From an uncultured Gemmatimonadota bacterium (GTDB lineage: Bacteria; GCA-2686955), in contig CAZBBK010000001.1 of assembly GCA_964490075.1 (NCBI GenBank), forward strand, positions 186,001-250,000: a stretch of DNA of 64,000 nucleotides, written 5' to 3'. The first letter of the stretch is position 1. Every line of letters starts with the position of its first letter. This document shows positions 1 to 9,715 of the stretch, one piece after another. The notes beneath the pieces were generated by a model that was given only the letters and a program-made list of their open reading frames with translations, did not search any database and was not told the origin of the DNA. The position numbers were made by a program, and so were the translations under genes.

Positions 1-391
1 TGCCTGCGTGGGCCAGGTGATGCTTGACGAAGACGATCTCGCCGCGATAGCCGATGCGGCTCTCCAGCAGCATCGGCAGCGCCAGACGATCCTGGAGCCA
101 GCTCGGCATGGTGCGCAGGAAGCGTCCCATGGAGAAAGGAAAGGAGCGGATGTGGTCGACCACGACCCGCGCGAACTTGAGATATGGTTTCTCGTAGAAG
201 CCGACGAAATCGAGATCGGCGAAGGAGGTACCGGCCGCCTGGATGCAGTAGTTGATCGCCGACTCCGGGAAATCCGCGGAGTGCTTGACGCGATTGAAGC
301 GCTCCTCCTGGGCCGCGGCCAGCAGCTTGCCATCTCTGAAGACGCATGCAGCCGCGTCGTGGTAGTGGCAAGAGAGCCCGAGGATGTTCAC
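1..391 (-). CDS. Carbamoyltransferase (NodU/CmcH family), N-terminal part; runs off the window edge
   Basis: Not in the ORF track. Manual translation from GTG 391 (GTGA overlap with the upstream stop) gives MNILGLSCHYHDAAACVFRDGKLLAAAQEERFNRVKH...FYEKPYLKF...VKHHLAHA, a clear paralog of 2617..4293. Confidence 0.92.
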   Translation of the reverse strand, partial: MNILGLSCHYHDAAACVFRDGKLLAAAQEERFNRVKHSADFPESAINYCIQAAGTSFADLDFVGFYEKPYLKFARVVVDHIRSFPFSMGRFLRTMPSWLQDRLALPMLLESRIGYRGEIVFVKHHLAHAG

Positions 392-1980
392 GAGGGGGGC
401 TCGGAAGCGGGCGCGAGCGTCTCGGCGGGCCCCGCGTCGAGCGTCTGCTCCCATTCGAGCAGCCGTCGCTGCAGCTCCTCGGCGAGGCGTGGATGCTCCT
501 CGACCACGTTGCGCAGCTCATTCGGATCGTCTCGGAGGTCGTAGAGCTCCCATTCCTCCCGCTGCAACGGCTCTCCGCAGAGATAGGACCACCAGCTGAC
601 CTGCTCCTCTACGGCACGCGCCCGGCGATGCAGCAGCTTCCAGCGCGCGGTGCGCATTCCGGTGTCGCCTACCCCCGGCCGATCGAGAAGCTCGTCGATG
701 CCGTCGGTGTAGTCACGGGGCATCTGGCTGCGGTGGCGGAAGATATCTTCCCAGAGCGGCGTGCGCTCGAAAAATGCCGCCCGATCGGGATCGCCCCGGC
801 CGCCTCGCAGCGCGCCTGCGAAGCTGCGCCCGTCCACACCGGGCAAGGCCTCGAGGTCCAGGATCTCGAGCAGTGTCGGGGCCAGGTCGACCCCTTCGAC
901 CTGCTCCGCGATGCGGCGCCCCGGCGCGCGCTGGCGCGGGTTGAGGATCAGCAGCGCGTTGCGCACCTCGGTATCGTAGATATCGTAGTGGCCGAAGTAG
1001 CCGTGCTCGCCCAGGTCCTCGCCGTGCACCCCGTGCAACACGATGAGCGTGCGCTGCAGGAGATCCTCGGGAATCGACTGCATCAGGTCGCCGATGAACT
1101 GATCCACGACCCAGAGGCCAAAATCGTAGCGGGCACGGATGAAATCCAGATCGGCGGCATCGAGCTCGCGCATCTGACCGGAGCCGAGCGCGTACATCTT
1201 GCCCTGGTAGATCCGCGACAAGACCTTGAAGCCGAGGTTCGGGAAACGGCGTAGGGGGCCCTGGTAGTCGGAAGCGACGAATTTGTCCTTGAGCAGCGGG
1301 TCACCGCTGGCGCCGTAGGGCCAGTGGAGGGTGCCGAGAATCAGCCACAGAAAGAAGGGCTCGTCGGCCTGCTCGTGGAGCCAGGCGATGGCGTCGCTGG
1401 GCACGTTGCGATTGCCGGTGAAGACGAAACGGTCGAATCCCCGACCGAAGCTCAGCCCGGGGTTGAGGCCGTCGCGGCGAAAGTGGGCGCGCCGCGACTG
1501 GAAGCTTGACATATCGGTCATGACCTCGAACGAGGAGCCCATCGCCACGGTCTGGTAGCCGGCGCCCTTCAGCGCCGCCGGGAAATAGGGGATTTCGGGA
1601 TCGAGCTGCGAAGCGAAGGAGACGAAGCCGTTGCGGGAGGGATAGCGCCCGGTGAAGAGCGACATCTGGCTGATGGGCGTCATGTAGGACTGAACGATGA
1701 AGTTCTCGAAGAGTGTTCCTTGCTTGGTCAGCTCGCAGATATTGGGGGCGGTCTGGCGATCGTAGCCGAAGCAGGGCAGATGATCGGGGCGGAAAATGTC
1801 GAGCGAGATCAGGATCAGGTTGCAGTCGCGACAGATCGGATCGTCGGCGGCGTCGGCGGCGAGGACGCGCGCGGGCTGCTCCTCACCCGGCGAGTAGAGC
1901 ACGAGGGCGATGCCCCCCAGCACCGCCACATTGAGCAGCAGCAAGAAGGCCGCGATCGCGCGCCGCCCTTTCGGCGTCAC
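388..1980 (-). CDS. Membrane-anchored sulfatase-like (alkaline phosphatase superfamily) hydrolase/transferase
   Basis: N-terminal TM helix; NLILISLDIFRPDHL, TPISQMSLFTGRYP, HWPY, HGEDLGEHG, VDLAPTLL, ELYDLRDDPNE. Thr sits at the usual Cys/Ser nucleophile position. Confidence 0.88.
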   Translation of the reverse strand: MTPKGRRAIAAFLLLLNVAVLGGIALVLYSPGEEQPARVLAADAADDPICRDCNLILISLDIFRPDHLPCFGYDRQTAPNICELTKQGTLFENFIVQSYMTPISQMSLFTGRYPSRNGFVSFASQLDPEIPYFPAALKGAGYQTVAMGSSFEVMTDMSSFQSRRAHFRRDGLNPGLSFGRGFDRFVFTGNRNVPSDAIAWLHEQADEPFFLWLILGTLHWPYGASGDPLLKDKFVASDYQGPLRRFPNLGFKVLSRIYQGKMYALGSGQMRELDAADLDFIRARYDFGLWVVDQFIGDLMQSIPEDLLQRTLIVLHGVHGEDLGEHGYFGHYDIYDTEVRNALLILNPRQRAPGRRIAEQVEGVDLAPTLLEILDLEALPGVDGRSFAGALRGGRGDPDRAAFFERTPLWEDIFRHRSQMPRDYTDGIDELLDRPGVGDTGMRTARWKLLHRRARAVEEQVSWWSYLCGEPLQREEWELYDLRDDPNELRNVVEEHPRLAEELQRRLLEWEQTLDAGPAETLAPASEPPS

Positions 1981-2600
1981 GATCCCGCCACCCGCGCACC
2001 GGCCCGAAAGGTGCGCAACAAATCCGCGCCCGGATCGACCGGGTTCTCCTTGGCGCTGAAGTACTCGGCCCGAAACAGCCGCCCGGCCGTCTCGTCGTAG
2101 AAGAAGGCGACGGTGGCGGAATAGCGCAGGAGATCGTCGCTGCAGCCGCCGAAGGCCAGGCGGCTGTTGGCAAAGAGGCGGAGCATCGCCAGGGCCGGGC
2201 CCCGCGGCGCCACTTCGACCGGCAGATAGCGTTCGGGGCAGCGCAGGGTGTGCGAGAGCTGACCGGGGTAGGGAGCCTGGCGGTCGGCGAAAAGATTTTC
2301 GATCAGGGCGCGGCTCTCATTCACCAGCGCCTCCGCCGCCGCGGAATCGAGCTCCTCGCTGACCCGGATCCGCAGCCGATCCTCTCCGATGCCGACCAGG
2401 GCGCTGCGCAGCCGCCCTTCGCTGCGCTCGGCGCGCAGCACTTCCGCATCGCCCGAGAGATCGATGGCGGCTCCCACGGTCGCCAACAGCTCCTCCACTT
2501 CCCCCGCCGCCGACTCCCGCGCGGGGAGCAGCAGGTAGATCAGAGCGGCGCTCCCCGCGAGCAGCGAGGCCAGCAGCAACGCAATCAAGCGCCCGTACAT
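1977..2600 (-). CDS. Hypothetical membrane-anchored protein
   Basis: 207 aa, hydrophobic N-terminal anchor, two Cys; stop overlaps the next start (operonic). Confidence 0.7.
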   Translation of the reverse strand: MYGRLIALLLASLLAGSAALIYLLLPARESAAGEVEELLATVGAAIDLSGDAEVLRAERSEGRLRSALVGIGEDRLRIRVSEELDSAAAEALVNESRALIENLFADRQAPYPGQLSHTLRCPERYLPVEVAPRGPALAMLRLFANSRLAFGGCSDDLLRYSATVAFFYDETAGRLFRAEYFSAKENPVDPGADLLRTFRAGARVAGS

Positions 2601-2616
2601 CGAGCACCCCTCGCGT

Positions 2617-4293
2617 TCATCGCTCCACCAGGTAGCTGCCCAGCGCCAGACAGTCCATGTCGGATTCTTCGAAGCAGCGGTAGGCCTCTTCCGGCGTGTG
2701 CACGATCGGCTCCGAATCGTTGAACGAGGTATTGAGGACCATCGGCAGACCGCTCCGCTCGTGGAAGGCCCGGATCAGCTCGTAGTAGATGCCGTTGTCT
2801 TGCGGGGTGACGGTCTGGATGCGCGAGCTGCCGTTGACGTGGGTGACGGCCGGGATCGCATCGATCTTGTCGGCGCGCACCCGCGTGATGAAGAGCATGA
2901 AGGGGCTGGCCCAGTCCTGCTCGAAGAACTCCGCCATGTGCTCGCGCAGCACGCTGGCGCCGAAGGGACGGAAGGCCTCGCGGTGCTTGATGATCAGGTT
3001 CAGCCGCTCCTTCATCCCGGCGTCGCCGGGATGCGCCAGGATGCTGCGGTTGCCCAGGGCGCGCGGGCCGAACTCCATGCGACCGTTGAACCAGCCGACC
3101 ACGCGGCCGGCCGCCAGCCGGTCGGCCGTCTGAGCGACCAGCTCATCCGGCTCCAGCTTGCGGAACTTCGCTCCCCGGTTGCGCAGCAGCACCTCGATCA
3201 CGCGATCGCTGAACGCGCCGCCCAGCGCGCAGGAAGTCATCGGCGCCCCGCGCGGCTGACCGCGCACCGTGTGATACAGATAGAGTGCCGCGCCCAGCGC
3301 CCCCCCCGCATCGCTCGCGGCCGGCTGGATGAAGATCTCCTCGAAATCGGTCTCTTCACGAATCCTGCTGTTGGCGGTCACGTTCAGAAACACGCCGCCG
3401 GCCAGGCAGAGGCGCTTCTCGCCGGTCTCACGATACACGTGGCGCGCCATGGCCAGCAGCAGCTCCTCGGTCACGCGCTGCAGGCTGGCGGCGATATCGC
3501 GATGGCGGTCGCTCAGCTCGTCGCCCGGCTTGCGCGGCGGGCCGAAGAGCTCTTCGAACCTGGAATTGTGCATCTTCTCGCCGCGGTTGAACGAAAAGTA
3601 GCGAGTATCGAGCTCGAAGCTGCCGTCATCGCGGACCAACACGATCTCGCGGAACTGGTCGACGAAGCTCGGCTCGCCGTACTCCGCCAGCGCCATCACC
3701 TTGCCCTCGCCCGAGAATACCCGAAAGCCCAGGTAGGCGGTGACGATCGAGTAGAGCAGCCCCAGCGAATGCGGGTAGTGCATCTCCTTGTTCAGCTCGA
3801 TCTGATTGCCGCGGCCGCTGCCGAAGGCGGCGCAGGCGTACTCGCCGACCCCGTCGACGGTCAAGATCGCCGCGCTCTCGAAGGGCGACACCAGGAAGCT
3901 GCTGGCTGCATGCGAAAGGTGATGCTTCACATAGCGCACCGGCTTCTTGAGGCTGAGCTCCTCCTCGATCGTAGCCGAGACGGCAAGCCGATCCTTCAGC
4001 CACAGCGGCATGGTATCGAGGAAGTTGCGCAAAGTGAAAGGATAGCCGGCCAGGTGGCTCAGAATCGTGCGCTCGAACTTGAGGTACATCTTCTCGTAGA
4101 AGGCGACCTCGTCGACGTCGTAGATGGTGACGCCGGCCTCCTGCAGGCAGTAGTTGACCGCCTGGATCGGAAACACCGGAGAGTACTTGTCGCGATTGAA
4201 ACGCTCTTCCTGCGCCGCCGCGACGATCTCTCCATCACGGACCAGCGCCGCGCACGAGTCGTGGTAGTAGCAAGAGAGTCCGAGAACTATCAC
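2617..4293 (-). CDS. Carbamoyltransferase (NodU/CmcH/SxtI family)
   Basis: LGLSCYYHDSCAAL, AAAQEERF, HHLSHAAS, DGVGE, EGKVMALA, LAGGVFLN, EFGPRALGNRS, KHREAFRPF, LNTSFN. Confidence 0.96.
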   Translation of the reverse strand: MIVLGLSCYYHDSCAALVRDGEIVAAAQEERFNRDKYSPVFPIQAVNYCLQEAGVTIYDVDEVAFYEKMYLKFERTILSHLAGYPFTLRNFLDTMPLWLKDRLAVSATIEEELSLKKPVRYVKHHLSHAASSFLVSPFESAAILTVDGVGEYACAAFGSGRGNQIELNKEMHYPHSLGLLYSIVTAYLGFRVFSGEGKVMALAEYGEPSFVDQFREIVLVRDDGSFELDTRYFSFNRGEKMHNSRFEELFGPPRKPGDELSDRHRDIAASLQRVTEELLLAMARHVYRETGEKRLCLAGGVFLNVTANSRIREETDFEEIFIQPAASDAGGALGAALYLYHTVRGQPRGAPMTSCALGGAFSDRVIEVLLRNRGAKFRKLEPDELVAQTADRLAAGRVVGWFNGRMEFGPRALGNRSILAHPGDAGMKERLNLIIKHREAFRPFGASVLREHMAEFFEQDWASPFMLFITRVRADKIDAIPAVTHVNGSSRIQTVTPQDNGIYYELIRAFHERSGLPMVLNTSFNDSEPIVHTPEEAYRCFEESDMDCLALGSYLVER

Positions 4294-4311
4294 CGCTGCG
4301 CACGCCGCCTT

Positions 4312-4551
4312 TCAGAACTGCCGGTCGAGACGATCCATCTCGTAGCCCTCGGTGTCCACCCAGAGCGAGTCCTTGGAGGAGTCGCATGCGTAGAGCTTCA
4401 GGTAGCGCCGGAAGAAGAGCGCCGCTCCCAGCCGGGTGGCGCCGAACCCGAACACGTAGACCAGGAAGAGCAGCACGGTGATGACCAGGGTCTGAATCGA
4501 CCGGCCGAGACGCTGGCTCCACCATCTAAAACGTTCCCAATATTGTCTCAC
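4312..4551 (-). CDS. SxtJ-like small membrane protein
   Basis: 79 aa with one long hydrophobic stretch (ITVLLFLVYVFGFG), an S-x-W motif and a C-terminal RQF; directly upstream of the carbamoyltransferase. Confidence 0.7.
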   Translation of the reverse strand: MRQYWERFRWWSQRLGRSIQTLVITVLLFLVYVFGFGATRLGAALFFRRYLKLYACDSSKDSLWVDTEGYEMDRLDRQF

Positions 4552-4568
4552 CCGGCGCCCCGCTTCAT

Positions 4569-5603
4569 CTAGCTCTTTCCCGTCTCGACGTCCAGCTTCT
4601 TCAAGATGTCGGCGAAGAGCTCCTCGTCGACTTCCATATCCAGAAGGCCGAGCGCCTCTTCACGCGTGACCAAGCCCATGCGAATCATGTTGCTCATCTC
4701 GATGTGGTAGACGGAGTATCCGTAGTTCTCCATAGCTAGCTTGGAGGCCAGGAAGTTCAGATCGCAGTTGGTGGACTGCCTGGGATAGGAGCGCGGGGTG
4801 TATTCCCAGCCGAGCTTCTCCCGAATCACCGGAACGTACTCGTCGGGTCCACCCGGAACGAACCAGTGGGGCGAGAGCACGATCGCCTTGCTCTTGTACT
4901 TCTTCTTGGCGATCTTCAGCACATCTTCCATGCTCATGGGGAAGTCACGGTACTTGGGATCGGTCTTGACATGCTCCTTCATGAAGGCCCGGGTGGCGCT
5001 GGTCATCGCCTTGAACTCGTCCGGGTTCTGGTCGCAGGCACATTTCGAGAGCACCGAGCGGGTGCTGCCGGTGGTCTGCCCCTTGGTCCAGCCGGAAACG
5101 ATGATCGGAACGTCGAACTGGGCGGCGATCTCGTAGGTCTTGAGCATGTACCAGAGCGAGCAGACCGGACAGATGACCACCTTCGACCGAGTCTCCACGA
5201 TCTTGCGGAACAGGTCCTTCATGAAGTTGGTCTGGAAGTAGATGAAGTCGACTCCCAGCTTCTCCACGGTGCGCAGCGCGCTGGCGATGTGCTCATCGGG
5301 AACGAAGCCGTGGTTGAAGGTGAAGACCAGGGGATTCAGCTTGTAGCGCTCGCGCACGTAGTAGAGCGCGGCGGTGCTGTCCTTGCCGCCGCTCAGCATG
5401 CACAGGCAGTCGTAGTCGTGCTTGCCGCGATGCTTTTCGATGATCTTCAGGAAGTCGGTTTCCAGCAGACCGCGATCGTCCGGCGAGGCGCAGCGCTGCT
5501 CCTCGTCGAAATTGTGACAGATGTTGCACATCCCCTGGGCGTCCAGCCAGATATCGGGCGGCGCCTCGGGCAGTACGCAACGATTGCACAGGCGGGCGCT
5601 CAC
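4569..5603 (-). CDS. PP-loop ATPase (N-acetyl-sugar amidotransferase / TtuA-like), copy 2
   Basis: Likely start GTG 5603 (GTGA overlap; the track ORF is over-extended). CNRC...CNIC, SGGKDS, TFNHGF, ICPVC, KCAC, STNC. Confidence 0.85.
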   Translation of the reverse strand: MSARLCNRCVLPEAPPDIWLDAQGMCNICHNFDEEQRCASPDDRGLLETDFLKIIEKHRGKHDYDCLCMLSGGKDSTAALYYVRERYKLNPLVFTFNHGFVPDEHIASALRTVEKLGVDFIYFQTNFMKDLFRKIVETRSKVVICPVCSLWYMLKTYEIAAQFDVPIIVSGWTKGQTTGSTRSVLSKCACDQNPDEFKAMTSATRAFMKEHVKTDPKYRDFPMSMEDVLKIAKKKYKSKAIVLSPHWFVPGGPDEYVPVIREKLGWEYTPRSYPRQSTNCDLNFLASKLAMENYGYSVYHIEMSNMIRMGLVTREEALGLLDMEVDEELFADILKKLDVETGKS

Positions 5604-6619
5604 CGGATGTTCTCCACCGACAGGGCCAGCTTGCCCAGGATTCCGTTCAGCAGCTCGTCGTCGAAGTCCATGTCGAGGTTCTTCAGGGCCTCGTCGCGGC
5701 TCATCACCCCTTCCCGGACCATCTTGCTCATCTCTACGTGATAATGGGTGTAGCCATAGTCGCGCATGGAGTTGTGGACCGAGACGAAGTTCAGGGCGCA
5801 ATTTGTCGACTTGCGCGGATAGCTCTGCTCGGTGAAGTCCCAGCCGAGCGCGTCCTGGATGATCTTCACGTACTCGTCGGGACTGTAGGGCAAGAACCAG
5901 TGCGGCGAGAGCACCACTGCTTTGTGTCGCTTCTTGGCGCGTTTCAGCATCTCCTCCATGGTCCGAGGAAAGCCGCGGTACTGCGGCATATCGGCCAGCT
6001 CCTCGTCCAGGAAACGGTGGGTCTCGCTGGCCATGGCCCGGTACTCGGCCTGGTGGACGTTGCAGCCGCACGAGGACATGACCTCTTGCTTGACCGATTG
6101 CCCCTTGGTCCAGCCGGCGATGATGATTGGCGCGTCGAAGCGTGCCGCCATGCGGTAGGCGAGATCCATGTACCAGATCGAGCAGGGATGGCAGATCACC
6201 GCCTTGGATTTGGTCTCGATCATGCGCTTGAACATGTCCTTCATGAAGTTGGTCTTGAAGAACACGAAGTCGACGCCGAGCTTGTCGACTGCCTTGCGCA
6301 CGTTGTCGATCGCCTCGGTGGTCTCGAAGCCGTGATCGAAGGTGAAGGCGAGCGGGTTGACCTTGTAACGCTCTTTCATGAAGTAGAGGGCGGCGGTGCT
6401 GTCCTTGCCGCCGCTGCACATCACGAGACAGTCGTAGCGACGCTTGCCCCTTTGTTTCTCCAAGATGCGGATGAAGTCGGACTCGAGAAAAAGAGCTGTC
6501 TTCTCTTGCTTACGGAACTCGTGGCAAAGATTGCACGAGCCATCGGCACCGAGAGTGATATGAGGCGGGATCTCGGGCAGGACACAGGTGGCGCAGATAG
6601 GGCGGCTGTGGTGGCTCAT
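5600..6619 (-). CDS. PP-loop ATPase (N-acetyl-sugar amidotransferase / TtuA-like), copy 1
   Basis: CATC...CNLC, SGGKDS, TFDHGF, ICHPC, SCGC, STNC; collinear paralog of the next gene. Confidence 0.85.
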   Translation of the reverse strand: MSHHSRPICATCVLPEIPPHITLGADGSCNLCHEFRKQEKTALFLESDFIRILEKQRGKRRYDCLVMCSGGKDSTAALYFMKERYKVNPLAFTFDHGFETTEAIDNVRKAVDKLGVDFVFFKTNFMKDMFKRMIETKSKAVICHPCSIWYMDLAYRMAARFDAPIIIAGWTKGQSVKQEVMSSCGCNVHQAEYRAMASETHRFLDEELADMPQYRGFPRTMEEMLKRAKKRHKAVVLSPHWFLPYSPDEYVKIIQDALGWDFTEQSYPRKSTNCALNFVSVHNSMRDYGYTHYHVEMSKMVREGVMSRDEALKNLDMDFDDELLNGILGKLALSVENIR

Positions 6620-6634
6620 GTGCCGCTCGGGGGC

Positions 6635-6805
6635 TCAGACGCCCGCGTAGATGAAGGTGAGAACAACGGTCGGTCCAACATAATAGACCAACACCGAAAG
6701 ACCCACCAGTGTGAGCAGGAGCGGGGCGAGGAAGTAGAGCTTGTGCTCGCGCAGGAGCAGCAGCATCTCGTGCATCATGCGCTTGACGATGATGAGCTTT
6801 CGCAA
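6635..6805 (-). CDS. DUF5989/SxtK-like microprotein, copy 1 (~56 aa)
   Basis: (M)RKLIIVKRMMHEMLLLLREHKLYFLAPLLLTLVGLSVLVYYVGPTVVLTFIYAGV. TTG start at 6805 is inferred from the paralog (ATG 6853 is an alternative). Confidence 0.75.
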   Translation of the reverse strand: MRKLIIVKRMMHEMLLLLREHKLYFLAPLLLTLVGLSVLVYYVGPTVVLTFIYAGV

Positions 6806-6873
6806 TGCTCGTCCAGATCGGGGAGTAGGGGGTCGCGGGCGCGTCCAGGTCATCTGGACCGGCTCGGCTCTGA

Positions 6874-8937
6874 TCACTGCTGGAGGATCTCGGTGATGAT
6901 ACTCCCGTCGACGTGATCCGGGGGATCGATTCCCATCGCCGCGAGGATGGTGGGGAGCTGATCGACGTGGCGGATCGCCGTTGTGATCTGGTGTCCCTGT
7001 TTCACGCCGGGGCCGGCGATGACGAATGGTGTCCAAAGCCCGGGATTGTCGTCGGCCGCGATCGCCTGCTTGTAGCCGGTCTTCAGCGGCAGGTCGAAGA
7101 TCGCGCCGTCGTCGGTGATCTCCTCGTTCCAGCCATAGCCGGCGCGCCCCGCGACCAGCAGATCTCCGACGCGGTTGCGCGGCAGATCGAGGTACTCGGG
7201 CGCCTCCTCCCAGCGCACCACCGTCTCCACGGGACGAACGCCCTGGTCATCGGCGAGCGACATCAGCGCGTCGCGCACCTCGCGCCGCAGCTCCTCGTAG
7301 GCCGGCCCGCTGGCGCGCTCCCAGGGGCCGCCGAGCCCCTCGGGGTCGATGTAGACGTGGTACATCTTCAGGTAGACGACTCGGCTGCGCTGCCAGTCGA
7401 CCAGCGGTGCCCCGGTCGCCGGATCGGGAGTGTGGTGCAGCCAGCCGCGCGACGCGAAGAGGTTGTTCAGGCGCACCCAGTGGTCGAGGGGCAGCGCGCC
7501 ATGATCGGAGCTGAGCACGATCAAGCCCGCTTCGCCGACCTGGTCCAGCGCCTCGCCCACGATCCGATCGAGACCGCGATACATCTCCAGCACCTCGCCC
7601 CAGAGCTTCTCCCGCTCCTGGTCCGTGGCCTCGTCGTAGCGACGGCTCGCCGGGTCGATGTAGCCCAGCCACCAGCGGCTGGTGAGCATCTGGTTCGGAG
7701 TGTAGATGTTGTGCAGGAAGAGGTCGGGACGGTAGCGACGGTGGATCGGCTCCACCACGTCACCGTGCCAGCGCAGCGACATCCGCGCCTCGTCCAAGAA
7801 GGTGCGCTTGTCCTCCGGGTAGAAGATGAGCTGCGGGGGGTAGTTGTCGACGAAGTCGACCATCGGCCCGATCTCCGAGCCGAGCTCGGTCGCCACCCGC
7901 GAGGGCTCGGCGATCAGGGGATTGAGGCTGTCGACCAGGACGCGGATGCGGAACCAACCGCCGGCATCGAGTCGGATCAGACCGACACGGATCGCGGAGG
8001 GGACGGTGATCCCGTTCCAGCGCAGGTCGAGCGGGATCCAGTCGCTCCACTCACCCGGCGCCAGGCGCGCTGTCTCGGCCTCGCGGTCGAGCGAGAGGAG
8101 GAGCTGCTGGTAGCCGAGCCGATCGTCGCCGGGCGGATCGAGCAGGCAGCCGTGGAGGGTGGCGCCGTAGAGCTCCAGGGTGATCTCGAGCGGCTCCGAC
8201 TGCGAGGCGATTCCCAGCTCCCAGTCGAGGGCCGGCGCCGGCTCGATGAAGCGGGTCAGCTCCTGCTGAAGGAAGAAGAGCCGGGCGCCGCGGGCCAGGC
8301 TGCGGGCGCGCTGCGCCGTGGCCCGCTCGAAAATCAGTGACGGGAAATCGGCCCCCCATCCCCCCCAGCGGCCGCGCACGGTGATGCCCCCCGGTCCCAG
8401 CTCGGGCGGGGTCGAGCCCGGCATCGAGAGCAAGAAGGTGCTCTTTCCCAGATCCTCGAAGAGCGACCAGACCGCCGGCAGCTTGCGCGCCGCGGAGCTG
8501 AAGCCACCGACCGCGGGCCGGGCCAGGGGGTGTCCCTCGATGTGCATCGGCCCGTCGGCCACGCCGTGACGGCGCGGATAGGCGCCGGTGAGCAGGGTGG
8601 CGAAGTTGGTGGGGGTGTGGGAAGGGAAGGTGGGGATCGAGTAGCCCCAGGAGCCTCGTTGCATGAGGCGGCGAATGTGAGGGAGCTTGCCTTCCCGGGC
8701 CCACTGGAAGACGCGAAAGAGATCGGGGTCGCAGCGCATTCCGTCGGGGATGAACCAGTGCAATCTGGCCGCCCGCGGGGGCGCCGGATCGGGCGCGGCC
8801 GCGGTCTGGTCCGGCGTCGCCGGGGGGGCGTCGCTCGGCGGGCGCCGGAGGAGCAGCACGAGGAGGCCGGCGAGCAGGGCCAGCGCGGCTCCGACGAGGA
8901 GCGTGCGTCGAGCGGTCGAGGCGGGTCGCGGGGTCAT
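6874..8937 (-). CDS. Type I phosphodiesterase/nucleotide pyrophosphatase-like (alkaline phosphatase superfamily) protein, membrane anchored
   Basis: TM anchor; WFIPDGMR, GKLPHIRRLMQRG, PSHTPTNFATLLTG, SSDHG, GDLLV, PFVIAGPGV, VDQLPTIL. Confidence 0.88.
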   Translation of the reverse strand: MTPRPASTARRTLLVGAALALLAGLLVLLLRRPPSDAPPATPDQTAAAPDPAPPRAARLHWFIPDGMRCDPDLFRVFQWAREGKLPHIRRLMQRGSWGYSIPTFPSHTPTNFATLLTGAYPRRHGVADGPMHIEGHPLARPAVGGFSSAARKLPAVWSLFEDLGKSTFLLSMPGSTPPELGPGGITVRGRWGGWGADFPSLIFERATAQRARSLARGARLFFLQQELTRFIEPAPALDWELGIASQSEPLEITLELYGATLHGCLLDPPGDDRLGYQQLLLSLDREAETARLAPGEWSDWIPLDLRWNGITVPSAIRVGLIRLDAGGWFRIRVLVDSLNPLIAEPSRVATELGSEIGPMVDFVDNYPPQLIFYPEDKRTFLDEARMSLRWHGDVVEPIHRRYRPDLFLHNIYTPNQMLTSRWWLGYIDPASRRYDEATDQEREKLWGEVLEMYRGLDRIVGEALDQVGEAGLIVLSSDHGALPLDHWVRLNNLFASRGWLHHTPDPATGAPLVDWQRSRVVYLKMYHVYIDPEGLGGPWERASGPAYEELRREVRDALMSLADDQGVRPVETVVRWEEAPEYLDLPRNRVGDLLVAGRAGYGWNEEITDDGAIFDLPLKTGYKQAIAADDNPGLWTPFVIAGPGVKQGHQITTAIRHVDQLPTILAAMGIDPPDHVDGSIITEILQQ

Positions 8938-9014
8938 GGCAGGTCCCGATTTCGCGGCGGCGATCGGATTCGCGGGGCGGATGGCTCGAACGTCGCTCAG
9001 ACTATACTTGGCCG

Positions 9015-9557
9015 ATGTCGCACGCCAGCCGAGAAGCCGGGGGATGGCCGCTCACCGCGCTCCTGCTGTGGGCCCTCACGCTGGCCTGGGTGGCCGGGGC
9101 GATCGGGAGCGGAGAGCGCATGGTTGGTGGGACCGATCCCGAGGACGCCAGAGAGGCGATCGGCGTGGGGCCCGGCGAGCGAAGAGTGGTGCACGAGGCG
9201 ATGAACGAGAACCTGGTGGCGGTGCACCAGATCCTCCTGGCCCTGGGCGACGACCAGGTAGCCGAGGCGGCACGCCTCGCGGACCGGGCGGCGCACACCC
9301 CCGGACCGGGGCGCCGCAGCGAGTCGCTCGAGGCGCTGCTGCCGCAGCCCTGGCGGCGGCTCGGCAAGCAGGTGCACAAGGAGCTCGCCCGTTTCGCCAA
9401 GGTCGCCCGGCGCGGCGCCTCGAGATCGGAGCTGGTCGCGCGGCTGTCGCGCGTGACACAGGCCTGTGTCGACTGCCACAATCGCTATCGTCTCGTCCCG
9501 GCCGACGAGGGACGCCTCCGACTCTCGCCCATCCTCCCCAACCGAGCAGAGCCATGA
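9015..9557 (+). CDS. Cytochrome c'/c556-like (class II) protein
   Basis: N-terminal signal/TM, helical body, C-terminal heme motif CVDCH followed by YR. Confidence 0.75.
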   Translation: MSHASREAGGWPLTALLLWALTLAWVAGAIGSGERMVGGTDPEDAREAIGVGPGERRVVHEAMNENLVAVHQILLALGDDQVAEAARLADRAAHTPGPGRRSESLEALLPQPWRRLGKQVHKELARFAKVARRGASRSELVARLSRVTQACVDCHNRYRLVPADEGRLRLSPILPNRAEP

Positions 9558-9715
9558 AGAAAGCCGTCTACATCCCGCGCGAAATGATGCGCATGATCTC
9601 GCGCCACAAGCTCTACTTCTTCGCTCCCTTGCTCTTGATGCTGGCCTGCCTGGCGGGGCTGATCTACTACGCCGGACCGACGGTGCTGATCACTTTTCTT
9701 TATGCGGGGGTTTGA
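9554..9715 (+). CDS. DUF5989/SxtK-like microprotein, copy 2 (53 aa)
   Basis: ATG 9554 overlaps the cytochrome stop (ATGA). MKKAVYIPREMMRMISRHKLYFFAPLLLMLACLAGLIYYAGPTVLITFLYAGV; paralog of 6635..6805. Confidence 0.8.
   Translation: MKKAVYIPREMMRMISRHKLYFFAPLLLMLACLAGLIYYAGPTVLITFLYAGV

Noticed and set aside
2617..6805. Saxitoxin gene cluster (SxtI/J/K-like genes)
   Set aside because: No SxtA-, SxtG- or other core-type genes; the carbamoyltransferase module occurs outside toxin clusters.
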